Of a DNA stretch of 64,000 nt, positions 30,139-47,870 are shown piece after piece. The notes beneath the pieces were generated by a model that ran no database searches, had not been told where the DNA came from, and saw only the letters and a list, made by a program, of their open reading frames with translations. Origin of the DNA: Amoebidium appalachense (Eukaryota > Protista > Ichthyosporea); contig CAVNZM010000015.1 in NCBI GenBank assembly GCA_963693365.1, positions 5,712,624 to 5,776,623 of the forward strand, given 5' to 3'. Every line of letters begins with the position of its first letter. The first letter of the stretch is position 1. The translations under genes were made by a program, and so were the position numbers.

Positions 30139-31823
30139 ATGCTTAGTGTTGCTTTGCTCTCCGCCCTGGTCGCACTTGGTGAGTGTCTGTTAGTGTTTTG
30201 ATTACTTTCGGAAATTATAAGTCGTTGCCACAGAGATGTACGTAATTGATGTGACATGATGCACACATAAACAGTAGAAAAGCAGTTCATGGCTGAGAAT
30301 TTTATTGAGCTGTGCTGAAGCGTGCACACACACAAAACAATCAGAAACCTCCTACCACGTGTATCGCCACACATGTGAGTGTTTTGCTTTATAAAAAAAA
30401 CATAGCAATAAGAGAAGCACATACTTGGTCCCCTGCATGCTTGGGGTGGGGCAGGTGCCGTTGTTAGTTGTGGCGTAATACGGCCCTTGCACACACAGCA
30501 TCACTGGAGCACAAACACTGCACATGAACAGGGCTGACCTTTTGTGTAATCATCAGCAATAGTCGTGTACATGCCGCGTAGTAGCACAAAACCTCCTTTG
30601 CCTTGTCATACTCACCCATTACCGTGTGACATTTCGACAACCCCCCTCCCCCCCCCCTCCCTCCCCCCTTCCCCACTTCCCCTTCTCTCCTCCTACGACC
30701 CCTCCACATCCCAATAAATGTCCGAGCACCTTTCCAATCACGTAAAAACAGCCTGATCACTTCAACCTACAGACACATGTACACACATGAAGTTCTTGCT
30801 CCTGCATGCACACGTTGGACTCCCATTTCCGGTCTATCTTTTGTATTTCCGCACCTCTCCCTTAAAGGTACTTATTCATTTGGAACAGAGCTCACTCTAA
30901 GCCCCACTTACACCCACATTCCCTCTGCAGCTGCAGCCCGGCCCCACTCTATCGAGAACATCCAATCAGCAGGCGCCACGGCCCAGGACGATGCCAGTGG
31001 CTCAGACAGTGGGCTTGTGGCCGACACGATGATTGGCTGGGCCCTTGGCGACCAGCCACCAATGGCATTTGGCGATCAGGCGGCGGCAGCAGGGCAGGAG
31101 TGGGTGCCTGTGCCTGTGAGGGTTAGGTGGCAGAATAGGGCATGGTGCGGTGCGGGAGATAGGTGCCACAAGCAGGAGATCCCAGCGGACGCAAAACTGG
31201 TCAATGTGGATCTGTTCGACACCCCGGCAGAGGAGATACAGGCACTCAGGCAAAAGTACATTGTCACGTGCTACTTCTCAGCCGGCACATACGAGGCATG
31301 GAGGCCCGATGCGAACAAGTTCACGCCCAGCATCAAGGGGCTCAAGATGAGTGACTGGGACGAGACCTGGTTGGACATCAGAAAACTCAACGAGCTACGA
31401 CCCATCATGCAGGCCAGAATGGACCTTGCAAAGATGAAGGGCTGCCACGGTGTGGAGCCAGACAATGTTGACTGCTGGCAAAACAAGTGTGTGCCTGGGG
31501 TGCCGGGGGGTGATAAGGGCATGTACCAGTCGCAGTTGGTGTTTAACCGGTGGCTGGCCGCATATGCACACAGCCTGGGCCTTAACATCGGCCTTAAGAA
31601 CAACCTGGACCAGGTTAAGGACCTGGTGGGCGATTTTGATTGGGCCATGAACGAGAGTTGCCATATTTGGAACGAGTGCGCGCTGGTGACGCCTTTCATC
31701 ACTGCGGGCAAGGCCGTACTGGCCACTGAGTACAAAGGGGTTAAGGGGCAGGTGTGCCAGAAGGCATCGGTGTTAAGGTTCTCCCAGAAGGTCGATAACA
31801 GGGGTATGTGGCTCGACTGCTGA
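30139..31823 (+). CDS. Secreted GH114 endo-alpha-1,4-polygalactosaminidase (Ega3-like), 2 exons
   Basis: Exon 1 30139-30178 (MLSVALLSALVAL, donor G|GTGAGT) joins exon 2 30931-31823 in phase. GH114 motifs: VDLFD, TCYFSAGTYEAWRPDA, WLDIR, IMQARMDLAKMKGCHGVEPDNVD, AHSLGLNIGLKN, FDWAMNESC, EY. Confidence 0.92.
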
Positions 31824-32325
31824 TGGGTTTAATACTGGGCTGCAATTGGTTAGTTAAAAAAGGGCTTTTCTTTTAAAACAGATTCTCGTTTGGTTTGCGT
31901 TCTGATTAATGGGGATGGGTCCGGTGCTTCTTTGGCGCCGCACCCATGGTGCATAATTCACACCCACCCACATATGTACTTAAAAACTGTAAATTTAGAC
32001 TGTAAATAGCCTCCACATAAATTATTAGATCATGATGAGTAACCAATCAAAGTTGTAATCTGATGAGACTGTACATAGGCGGACATGTAAATAGCTGAAC
32101 ACAAAGAGCACGATTACCCAAGTGTTGGCTTTTACAAGCAAATGAAATTGTGTTGAACGATACTCTGCCAGTAGTGGTGTCTCTCTCTGGTCAAAATGTT
32201 TGCGTCTTTATTAGACATCGTCTGATAGCCACCCCCTCCCCCTCCCCCCTCCCCCTTTCCCTTCCCCCCCATCCCCCCCTCCCCCCCCCCCGCCCCAGTC
32301 TCCCTCCCTCCCCCCCTCCCCCCCT

Positions 32326-32462
<137 letters not shown>

Positions 32463-32933
32463 TTGCGTGTGTTTGTGTACCTGTACTCCCAAGTCTGTGC
32501 ATGTGTCTGCAACATACATCTCAACAGGCACCCCCTCTCCCCGCTCTTGATTGTGCACACAAATCAACACCCGCACTTGCTCCATGGTGCCACATCAAAC
32601 CACCGTTAATGCACTGTGCAATCACTTGTGGCCGAAACAACTCGCCTTTATGCCTTGGGAGGTGTCCTTGCTGCTCATTGCTGCTCACTGAGATTTTTTC
32701 TACTTCCTTTTTTCATATTCTTTCTAATTTCTTTCGTTTTTTCCTCGGAGTCTCTTTATCTTTCCGGTTTCTATTTTTTTTAAATCTTTCTTTATTTGAA
32801 TTACTAAAGTTATCGCAGCAATTTTTTTTGTGTGCGGTTCTTTGTGTATGTGTGTGTGAATGGGTGGGTGGGTAGGTGGGTGGGTGGTGGTGGTGGTGGT
32901 GGTGGTGGTGGTGGTGGTGGTGGTGGTGGTGGT

Positions 32934-32989
<56 letters not shown>

Positions 32990-33458
32990 GCTCGAGGTCC
33001 TTCTTTTACTTGGCTAGGGTAATTGTTTTTCGGGGGTTTTTTTTTTTTTTTTTTTTTTGGGAGGCAAGGGGGTGGGGGGGGGGTTGTTCGTTTAGTGAAT
33101 TCCGTTCTCTGTCTTTCTTTTCTTTTCCTTTCTCTCTCTCTCTCTCCCCCCCCCCCCCCCCCCCCCCCCTTCTGCCACTTCTCTGAGGAGTCTTTTTCTG
33201 CCTTTCTTTCTTTCTTTTCTTTCTTTTGGGAGAGGGAGGTAGGGAGTGAGGGGGTTGGAGGGGTGGGGAGGGGGTGATGGGGAGGGGGGGGGGGGGGGGG
33301 TCACGTGGGAGCAGCCAAGGGCTGAAAGGGAACTGCATAGAGTAGCACCAGCAGTTGGTTGTGTAGTTTTTTTCCTTTCTTTTTCTTTTACATCTTTTTC
33401 TTTCTTTTTTTTTATTTTTCATTTTCAATTTTTTTTTTTTTTTTTTGCCGGGGAGGAA

Positions 33459-33490
<32 letters not shown>

Positions 33491-33699
33491 GCACAGTGTG
33501 GGTGGCACACATCTGCCTTCTACCTTACTAGACAATGCCCCCATAACCAGCAGGTGGGCTGTGCTTCACAATAATCGGTCAGATGAAAGGGGGGGGGGGG
33601 GGAACGCTGCCCAAAAGCACGATTGCAGCCACAGGCACATAAGGCAGTGACTTTGTGTGGAAGATGTATCATCAGGTTTGCTGGTCCTTATACAGGGAA

Positions 33700-33848
33700 G
33701 GGTTAAATATATGTGCTGCACCGTATATGGGCTATATGTGCTGCACCGTATAAGGGTTAAATATGTGTTGCACCGTATATGGGCTATATGTGCTGCACCG
33801 TACATGGGTTATATGTGCTGCACCGTATATCATGTCATATGTGCTGCA
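33700..33848. repeat. 25-26 bp minisatellite
   Basis: ATATGTGCTGCACCGTATATGGGCT-type unit, ~6 copies. Confidence 0.9.
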
Positions 33849-34683
33849 TGAGGCCGGGGGAAACACGTGGAAGTAAAAAAAGAGTGGCCACGATTAATTG
33901 GCTGCCAGGTGGGTGTTGTGCCATATTTGAAAGGTGGGGTGTTCTGATTGGCTGTATTTTCTGGAGAGCTCCCCCCTCCCCCCCCCCCCCCCCTCCCGCC
34001 CACGCCTCGTGCGCACGTGTGTCCACTTGCCTCCTCCTCGGTTCCCCCCCTCACCTACAACCTCGCAGAAAGTACCGACACAAGCACCTTGCGAAACTTC
34101 TCGATTAGGCGCACAAGAATAAAACAAACAAACCAACCAACCAGCATATGTACATGTCAACTAAGCACCCAGTAATACAAGCACCTTCATCACACTGTGC
34201 AAAAATCAAAGATACCGGCCGGTGCTCCGCAGATAGTTTCTTGCATCAACAGCACATGTAATCATTATGTCCCTTCGGGGATAACACTGAATATTGTGCT
34301 TTATTGGTGACTTCGTAGCCAGTTTAGGAATCCCACGTGCACATATCTGAACCCCCCCCCCCCCCCCGACCCATTTCTCTCCCCCCCCCCCCCCCCCCCT
34401 CCCTCCCTCCCACCCTCCGCCCCTTCCCCCACCGGCCTTTCCCCTCCTTTACCCCCCTCCAGACCACGTGTGATAGGCCACAAGAGCAGTAATCCGATAT
34501 CATATGGTATTTAACCATAATAAATTGTGCTATATTATATTAAAGTATCATAAATTCAATGACAATTAAATGGTACCACGTGGAGTTCAAGAATACATAG
34601 GGTGGGTCAGTAAACTATGAGCCCACCAAAAAGCACCATAAAAATTGTTAATTCCAAATTTGGAGGGGAGAGAGAGACAAGGG

Positions 34684-34714
<31 letters not shown>

Positions 34715-34758
34715 GAGGCTGGGGAACACAAAGCTGAGCCGATCTCCCCTTTTGGTTC

Positions 34759-34789
<31 letters not shown>

Positions 34790-34912
34790 AAAAAACAAAA
34801 AACAAAAAAACAAAAAACAAAAAAACACCGGCACACAAAAGTACACCCCTGGGGTGGCGGGTGGTTGTATGGTGGTGGTGGTGGTGGTGGTGGTGGTGGT
34901 GGTGGTGGTGGT

Positions 34913-34967
<55 letters not shown>

Positions 34968-35934
34968 CGAGGGGGGAAGGGGCGGGAGAGGCACTTGTCC
35001 AACAGAACAGTATCCCCCCCCCCCCCTCCCCGACGGCGGGGCCGGGATCCCTCTTAGGCCAATACCGACCAGCTTCTAACATTTGTTTTGATAACGGCGC
35101 TTCCGAAAATCATAGATGAAACAACGTCAGCATGTGCACCTTGTGCATGTGGGTCCTCCAGCTGCAGCCTCACCCCAATGTCAAACCCAAAACTGCCCCT
35201 GCATAGCTATAGAGGTCTCTCCGGAAGCCTGATTTTCAGTTATTATAGAAGGACGAATAATATTATTTTCTTGCAGGGCCGTGCTTAATTAAACGGTAGT
35301 TAGTGTTCGTATAATGCGGCAGGAAAAAGGGGTCTCTGATCAACCTGAATCAACACGAAAAAACAGAATAGGTTGGGGGGTGTTGGGGACCGTTTGGGCG
35401 GGGAGAGGGCAAGGCCTCCTTGTCACTTTGTAGGAGGCCTTGGGATGGGGGGCCGGGGGGAGCAACATAAAACCTTAACAGAACTCGAGAAAATTCCCAA
35501 AGAAATAAAGTCTTTAGGTTACCAATCAAATAGTGATAGTAGTTTTGTATATTAATTATTATAGGTGGTTGGTTGCGCGTCGGCGGGTGTAAAGGGCATC
35601 GCCCAGGCATTTGCGTGACATGTCATGCACTCGGCCGTTGGCGGCAGCTTGACTTGGCGCGAACTGAGAAAACTGCAGACAAGGTTGAAGGTGGTGAAAA
35701 AAGCGCAAAATAGCTCGACACGGGTGCATAGCAAGAAGGAGACATAGCAAATATCCTGCCAGCATTAGACGCCATATTAGTGACCTGTTTGGGCGGTTGA
35801 CAGTGTCCTTGCCGCCTGTTTCTGGGAGAAGCTTCGCAAAAACATTGAACCTTTTGTTTCGTGTCAGAACGCTGCGCCACAGTGAACACTATTCATACCG
35901 GGGAAAACCACAACAAAGTACGGTGAAACCTTCT

Positions 35935-35993
<59 letters not shown>

Positions 35994-36490
35994 TCCCGCC
36001 TCTCCCCCCTCCTCTCTCGTCCCCACACCCCCCCCCCCCCCTCTCCCCTCGCAGTCGTTCCTCCCTCTAACAACCTCTTACCGTTTTATCTTCCGTTAGC
36101 CACACTTAGCGTGCCACTACCGTAATTGCACTTCCGTCTGTAACCAGTTAGTTGCAGTTCTTCTGATGCAATCTTTTTTGCCTGCCGTTTGAGCTGTTTG
36201 GTTCTTGAACATGAGCTGTGATAAGTCGCAGAGTCTCTCTCGGCTAACCTTTTGTGGCTGCAGGCTGCTGACCCACGGGGCAGGCCGGAAACGCCAAAAT
36301 GAAGTGGGTGCCTCCCAGTTTCCTTCACATCTCCACGATGCCTGCTCTATTGCAAGCACGGACATAAACACGGATATGCACACAATGCATACCTCTCTTG
36401 CGCATGCGTGTACACCAAACACACACATACACATAGACCTACACCTTCGTAAACACGCATGCGCGGGCACACACACACCCACACACACAC

Positions 36491-36563
<73 letters not shown>

Positions 36564-37102
36564 ACACACATGCACACATGTACCAGTACAGAAACCACCA
36601 GTAATATATCTGACTGATTTCACGCTCAAGCCATTATGGGCTTCCCACCCCCCCACCCAGTCTTCTTTCAGAGGTGTCCTTTCAGGACAGACCACTGTGT
36701 GGAGACCGCTTTACTTCCATGCAACCGGGCATGGTTGCTCTGTGTCGTGCATCTGTAAGCACATACGCATTTTTCGCTGCACTGCTTTAGTTTTTGCACA
36801 CACATCTTCACCGTTTTGCTCACCTTGCTTGCATAAGCAACCCTGCTCGTCTTTGATCAAGACGGGTTGACCCTCCCAAGTTCAGTTGATGCTGCTGTCT
36901 GAGTTGGAGAGTCGTATATACGCGGGCTAAAGGGTCGAAACTCAGACGCAATTGATGACTTGGGCCCTCCCTGAGGATGGGCTCTGCTTATGACGCGTAC
37001 TGTGCGCATGCCTGATGTTGCATACTTGAATGTTTGCCTTTGCATGTGTCCTGCACCATGCTTCTCATCGTGTATGCGTACTTCGTACCGTGTTCCGCAT
37101 TC

Positions 37103-37141
<39 letters not shown>

Positions 37142-37405
37142 AACAAAAAAAAACAAAAAAAAACTTTCTCCTTTTACCCTTTTACTTTCTACTTAGTTTC
37201 TCTTCCCAACTACCTTCCTGCTGCTACCCACATGCACACAGATACACACAGAAGTCACCACCAGAAGTTTTTTGAGGTTGCGATCAAGACCTGAGCTTTT
37301 CGCCACCCCTCCTCCCACCTCTTTACTCTCCCAATATATTCTGTTTCCGCACTCTAACGTGGTCAACCCCCCCCCCCCCCCTTTTCTTGAATAGTCTGAA
37401 TGCAG

Positions 37406-41523
<4,118 letters not shown>

Positions 41524-41784
41524 GTGGGTGGAGAGATGCACTGCACGTGCACACACAGTATTACACTGCACACGCATATACCGTTTTCACACGGTGCAGG
41601 AAAGTTGCACAACCCAGAAGACTCTGCCTGCACTCACAGTTGTGGAATTTGCACTTTTTAGTAGTATGCGCAGCAAATGGCCAAGTGCAACAACCACACA
41701 CACACTACCTCAAGGTTGGGGTATGTCTGGGTTTTTTGCCCGACTGAGCTTGTGTGCGGGTACATTGTTTAGGTTTTCTACACA

Positions 41785-41818
<34 letters not shown>

Positions 41819-42546
41819 ACCCACCCACTCACCCACCCACCCACCCACAAAAAAAAAAAAAAAAAAAAAAAAGGGTGAAGAAAAAAAGAAAAGAAAACAC
41901 GGCATGTGAGGGTTAGGGTTTACTAGCCCAGGCAGGCACATACACTTAGTGGTGGTATGGCACACTGACGTTATGTGCACCCACAGGCAAGGATCACCCA
42001 CCTCGCCGCCAGGTCACCCTGCAGCCCCCTGTTGCTTCGACACATACAGCGTATCGAGGTGCCAATAAGTTAAAAAAGTAGGAATATACATCGTATGTCC
42101 CTGTGGCAGCTAATACATACATGAACGTAGACTGCATAGAGCCACACACACGATACGCACCACCTCACAAGTCTTCTGTATGCTCTATTGTGCTCACCAG
42201 TCGACGTTTCATCAGTTACGCCGTAGTTTGGCGCCTGCACATACTATGTAGTTGGGTCTCTTTTTTTTTCACCATGCATGGCTGCTTTGCTCATGTTCAG
42301 ATAAACACCACATTCCAGGGCAGGCCAGGCGATAGGGCACACCCAATATATTAGACGGTGGTTGGGTGCACTGGGTGGCACCCACACGTGTTCAGAAACA
42401 CGCATGCCTCTTGATATGTACTTCCCAGTGCAATAAAGGAAGATACGAGTCCGACAGTCAAGTTCAAATGCACACTCTGGTTTTCCAGAGATGTTGCCCT
42501 GTCTTACACGTCATTAACGCATGATTATCATGACTGCACCGAGGGC

Positions 42547-42828
42547 TGCCAATTCCAGACTTCACTAAAATATGTTGCCCACCTGGCACTCAGTGCACGT
42601 GGAAATTTTTATTGCCTGCCCATGCATATCATCGGGTTTACCAAACAGTTCTGTAAAATAAGTAAAACAACAAGATAATAATTATATTATAAAAAAATTG
42701 CAAGCAATTTAAAGAACATATTGCACTTGGTTTTCAGCTACATGTTTTTGGAGGACCACAAGTAAACTTGGTACAGTACTTCGGCAATGGCAATCTCTCC
42801 CTAGGCTGATAACACAGTGTGGCAAGAA

Positions 42829-42892
<64 letters not shown>

Positions 42893-43140
42893 TAAATGAA
42901 AGGGAAAAGGGTCATAACATTTGGCAGATCCGGCAACTGCAGGATTGGGGGGGGGGGGGGGGGGGAAGCGTGAGGGGGGGGGGGGGGGGGGGGGGAGCGT
43001 GAGGCGGGGGGGCCAGGGGGAGGGGGGGGGGGGCGGTGGGGGGGGAGGGGAGAGGGAGGTAACAACCACACAACCCAACATCAATAACTGTCTCGTTATG
43101 TTTTGGCGCCGGCGACAGCCGGCGCACAGACCTACTTGTA
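42547..43140 (+). mobile_element. Helitron/Helentron-like non-autonomous element, copy 1
   Basis: 29-bp motif TGCCAATTCCAGACTTCACT(A/G)AAATATGT, internal G-rich tract, then a 43-bp end containing hairpin GCGCCGGC-GACA-GCCGGCGC followed by ACAGACCTACTTGT. Both motifs recur at 44535 and 44832. The true 5' boundary is unknown. Confidence 0.5.
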
Positions 43141-43483
43141 GATAATAATGCGTTGTTTGCCGGACCTCAAATCCGGAATTTGGAGGGGACCTAAGGCCAT
43201 TATGTGAGGCATCAAAAACCATCGAAACGTTGCTAAGTTGTTTTTATGACATCAAATATATAGTTATTTTAGGCTTTTTCATTAGTATCTCTAGAATATC
43301 ACTTGCAATATCACAGACCTACTTGTAGATAATAATGCGTTGTTTGCCGGCCCTCAAATCCGGAATTTGGAGGGGACCTAAGGCCATTATGTGATAACGT
43401 TGTTAAGTTGTTTTTATGACATCAAAATCGCTAAATATTCTAGAGATACTAATGAAAAAGCCTAAAATAACTATATATTTGAT
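43125..43483. repeat. Local direct duplication plus 49-bp perfect inverted repeat
   Basis: 43125-43256 is repeated at 43312-43426 (with a ~20-bp deletion); 43251-43299 is the exact reverse complement of 43435-43483. Confidence 0.9.
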
Positions 43484-43853
43484 AATGAGAAAATTGAAAT
43501 ATAGTGCCCTAAAGTTGGGCCCGAGAGGATGTACGTACTCGGGGCTTTGAAATAAAAAGAAAAAAACCAGCGGTTGTGGAGTCTACTGTGAACACACTGG
43601 GCTGAATGACGGCAGAGATCAGGTGATTCCCGTATCAAAACGGTTTTTGTTTCTAACCCAGAATGGAACGCACTTTTTTTTAGAGAAATTCGGCGACATT
43701 TTTTTTACAAAGTACTATATCTTTGGTACAACGACATTTTGAAACTTTTAATGTAATAGAACTAGTACCAATCCAATCACAAAAACCTCAAAGGTCTGCT
43801 AACACCGGTTTAGGGGGACACGGGGATGAGGACGGTAAATTCTATAATATTAT

Positions 43854-43926
<73 letters not shown>

Positions 43927-44534
43927 GGCCGTGGCACACACACACACACACACACACAAACACATGTACATTTAAATGTTTTAATAGCTATAGGCAGACA
44001 GTTGAAAAAAAAATAGAGTAAAAAACACAACTAAGTCAACTCAGTAATGTGAATATGACATTTAGGGCGAGCGTACTAGAAGGGTTTGTGGCTGATAATG
44101 ATTATTTTTTTACACTAGAGCTAGGGTGATTGTCATTTGTAAATTTTTTTATTTGGTTTTTTTCCACATGTACACACAAAGTAATAATCGAATAGAATAC
44201 AAAAACAACTAAGAAGACAAAAACGCATATACAACCTTCACTTGGCCCACACACACACATTCAATCACACACACACACGCATGCACACACACACACACAC
44301 ACACACATAGACGTTGAACGTATGAAAAACATAAAAAAACAATTTTGGGGGGCAGGGAATCATTGGGAAGAGCCTGGCCGGGGGAGGGGGGGGGGGGGGG
44401 AGGGGGGGGGGGGGGGGGGGATGCTTTGAAGTAAACTGAGAATAGTATAATTGCAGTACTGACTTGTCAGCATGGTATATTGACAGACACCGTAGAATGA
44501 TGATTTTATGTTCGGGAACATTTCGGGGGGGGGG

Positions 44535-44874
44535 TGCCAATTCCAGACTTCACTGAAATATGTGGGTTGTACTATTACTAGTAGTTGTTGTCACTGTGCG
44601 CACATGCGAACTGTTGGTCGTTTGTGTTTTCTTTTTTCTTGCGTGGCTGTCAATGTATACGGTCGTTTCATTTTTCTTTATCGGGATTCGAACGAGTATG
44701 TAAAGAAGCAGGGGTAGGGGAGGGGGAAGGGCGAGGGAAAAGGGGGGAGGGGGGGGGACGGGAGGGAAGAGGGGGGAGGGGAAAGGGGGCGGAGGAGCAG
44801 AAGAGAGTGAGGGAGAGGGAGGGGGAGAGGGATGTTTTGGCGCCGGCGACAGCCGGCGCACAGACCTACTTGTA
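44535..44874 (+). mobile_element. Helitron/Helentron-like non-autonomous element, copy 2
   Basis: Same 29-bp motif (44535-44563) and identical 43-bp hairpin/CTTGT end (44832-44874), with a purine-rich tract between them. Confidence 0.5.
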
Positions 44875-45291
44875 TATATATATGTAGGTGATGAGCCGAT
44901 GTCTGGCCATGCGCCATGTGTGGGTTTGACTTACATACAACCGAAACACGTGCACTTGTACATGTACATGTACATGCATATGTACCTTTACTAGTGGGCT
45001 GAGCCGCGCCAAAACCATGGCCAAGATCTTCGAATGATATTGAAAACCCCATAAGCTTGTTCCCCCCCAACCCGGTACCACGTGCGCCACGACCACTGAG
45101 AGAGCGCCAACCCTTGCCCGAGCACGGGCTCGGGTTGGGGCCAGGAGGGGGGGGAGAGGGAAAAAGAGGAGAGGTCTAGGATGGGGAGGGAGGGATGGTG
45201 AAAGGGGATGGGGGGGGAGGGGGGCGGCGGGGGGGCGGGGTGGGAGGAGCGGGGGAGGAGGGGAGGGGGGAAGGGATGTTGTTGTTGTAAG

Positions 45292-45341
<50 letters not shown>

Positions 45342-45530
45342 CTGAGCCAAAGTCATTCATAGTCTAAAACAGTGATCTGAGTTCGGAAAATGTAGAAAAT
45401 CTAATTGAAAAGCAGCTGTTTACTGCCTTACGTGACGTCAGTAGCTGTAGACTATTTTTTTGCAGTCTGGATGACCGATATCCAATCAGAACCCGTGCCC
45501 TGTAAAAGGACGATTACGTAATTGGATTGC

Positions 45531-46309
45531 ACACATGTCGTACCCCCCATTTCCGGGGGTTTTTTTTATCTCGTGAATAATGCAATCGCTTGCATCCAAC
45601 CCGATCGCATTTCGATCGAAGCGCCCCGACCCTTGCACCAGCCCCATATTCGCGCGACCCGGCATCCGATTTGGCTGCGGTGCCGCTGCGCCAGGCTACA
45701 TTTTGCCAGACCCAAGTCTTCTTTTTTCCCGGCTTTTGCTGGATCATGTGGATATTTTATCGGCTACATGTAAGCAATATTCTTGATGGAGCATAGGCAA
45801 AAAGTGTTATTTACAGCCGGAGGATAACGAATCCCTGTATGCGTGTCGCAACTCCGGCTTCTTGCAGAAGTCATATGCAAGTGTGTCGTCTAATCACGCT
45901 ACAGCCAATGAAAATCGCGTTAAAGAGTCAGCCCCTGCTTCTGGGATTGATATACCGGAAGATTATGACCACGACGAGGCGTATGCACCTGGGCGTGTCT
46001 TCAAGAAAACAGCCTTGTCATCTGATTAAAGCAAAAATAAAGCCTTGCACATGTATTGCTTTTGCGTTATACATGCACATGCAGATTTAGCGTTATGGTA
46101 CAAACTGCTCTTTCTGTAATCGGGCCGGATCTGGCAAAATGTAGCCTTGCGCGGCCGCACTGCAGCAAAATCGGATGCCGGGTCGCGCGAATATGGGGCT
46201 GGTGCAAGGGTCGGGGCGCTTCGATCGAAATGCGATCGGGTTGGATGCAAGCGATTGCATTATTCACGAGATAAAAAAAACCCCCGGAAATGGGGGGTAC
46301 GACATGTGT
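45531..46309. mobile_element. Non-autonomous DNA transposon with ~180-bp TIRs and 4-bp TSD
   Basis: 45531-~45710 (ACACATGTCGTACCCCCCATTTCCGG...) is the near-perfect reverse complement of ~46130-46309; TTGC flanks both ends (45527-45530, 46310-46313); no transposase ORF inside. Confidence 0.8.
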
Positions 46310-46366
46310 TTGCGCGACCTCAGTGAGCCTCACTGAGCTTCAAAAACTGCAGCAGAGCAAAACGCG

Positions 46367-46398
<32 letters not shown>

Positions 46399-47130
46399 TA
46401 GATGGGGTGACAGGGCTATTGGCAGGTGTGTTGTTATTGCACTTACTCAAACAAAGGTGCTAGTGTGCGTAGGAGCAGGTGCTGTCGTTTGATGTGGGGC
46501 AGAGAGACGAAGGCAAATGAGGGGGCGGGCAGGAAAACAGCGTGGTGATAGGTGGACAATTCAGTGACGTTTTGTGTTAATAATTACCTGCACTCCTCTT
46601 TTTGTTTTTGGTTTGCCTGCCCAGGGCAAGGGCTTGTATTTGATACCTTTTTTTTTGTAAAAATAAGGTTGGCCATTCAACTGTGCACATTCTCCTCTGT
46701 TGCAACTACGTATACGTGATAATCGGGTGCTTGTTGTGCTACTTGGTTGACTGGAATTTAGCCAAGGGGCTGTTTCTAGACCAATCAGTGCCTAAAAAAG
46801 AAAATTGGACTATCCGTGTTTACTTTAGAGTGCCTTTCCGTGGCTGTGTCTTGTTATTATTTTTATTATTTTTGTGGTTTCTTAATGATTACGTCGAACT
46901 AGGCCTATCACGCATGAGCGTGGATCTGTGCTGGGTATGAGCCAGCACAGCCAAAAGTTTGAAGGCTTGCTTTGGACATGCATTCACATTCACAAAGGCT
47001 AACAGGCACATACCCACACACAAACACACACGCTGAAGCAAAAACAGAAGATAGAAAAAAACAAAGAAAGAAAAGAAAAAGAAAAAATGAGAGTCTCTTA
47101 CACACTGACAAACACAAGCCAAGCTCAATG

Positions 47131-47622
47131 CAGGCATGCCCACACTTCTTTTTACAAAATGCACCCTCACACGCGCTTGCGTGAATGCATAGAACAACTC
47201 CTTATACCCGTGGGTGTGCGCACAAGTGCATAAAAACGCGCAAGCAAACAAATTCACAAAAATATTTACACACATCACCATGTCATGGGCACACATGCGC
47301 ATGCGTATACACACAACCTGTCGTGCTTTCTCTCTGTGCCTTATCTCTCTCAAATTCCCTATTTCTTTTCATTGTTTTCTCTTTTTCTCTCTGGCGTGGG
47401 CACCCTTCTTTCTCAGGCACTTTTTTGTCGTTTCACGTTCAACATGTACTTATAGCTGCGCACATATACACACACGCACACACACGTGCATGCAAGGAGG
47501 AGCTATAGAGAGCAAAAGGGTCTGCTGGAGCCAACATGTCGGTGTAAAGCACGTGTACAAGCACAGACCTACCAGAAGTCTTATGCAAGTTGCTTTCTGG
47601 CACGTGCAGGCAGGCACCCACC

Positions 47623-47627
<5 letters not shown>
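47131..47627 (+). repeat. ~500 bp dispersed repeat, copy 2 (upstream of the PARP-E2 ATG)
   Basis: Near-identical to 39384-39880. Confidence 0.92.
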
Positions 47628-47721
<94 letters not shown>

Positions 47722-47800
47722 ATACAACCATGCACGCGCATGCACACGCACACACAAACACACGCACACACACGCACACACACACCCATGCACACGCATG

Positions 47801-47870
<70 letters not shown>

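Noticed and set aside
32934-32988. Long poly-G/poly-C tracts as a dedicated G-quadruplex regulatory system
   Set aside because: They are ubiquitous and positionally unspecific, and homopolymer lengths are unreliable in assemblies; no specific claim is supportable.
33700-33848. Regular short repeats considered as a CRISPR-like array (also 57105-57400 and 63530-63668)
   Set aside because: Units are head-to-tail with no unique spacers, there are no cas genes, and the context is eukaryotic.
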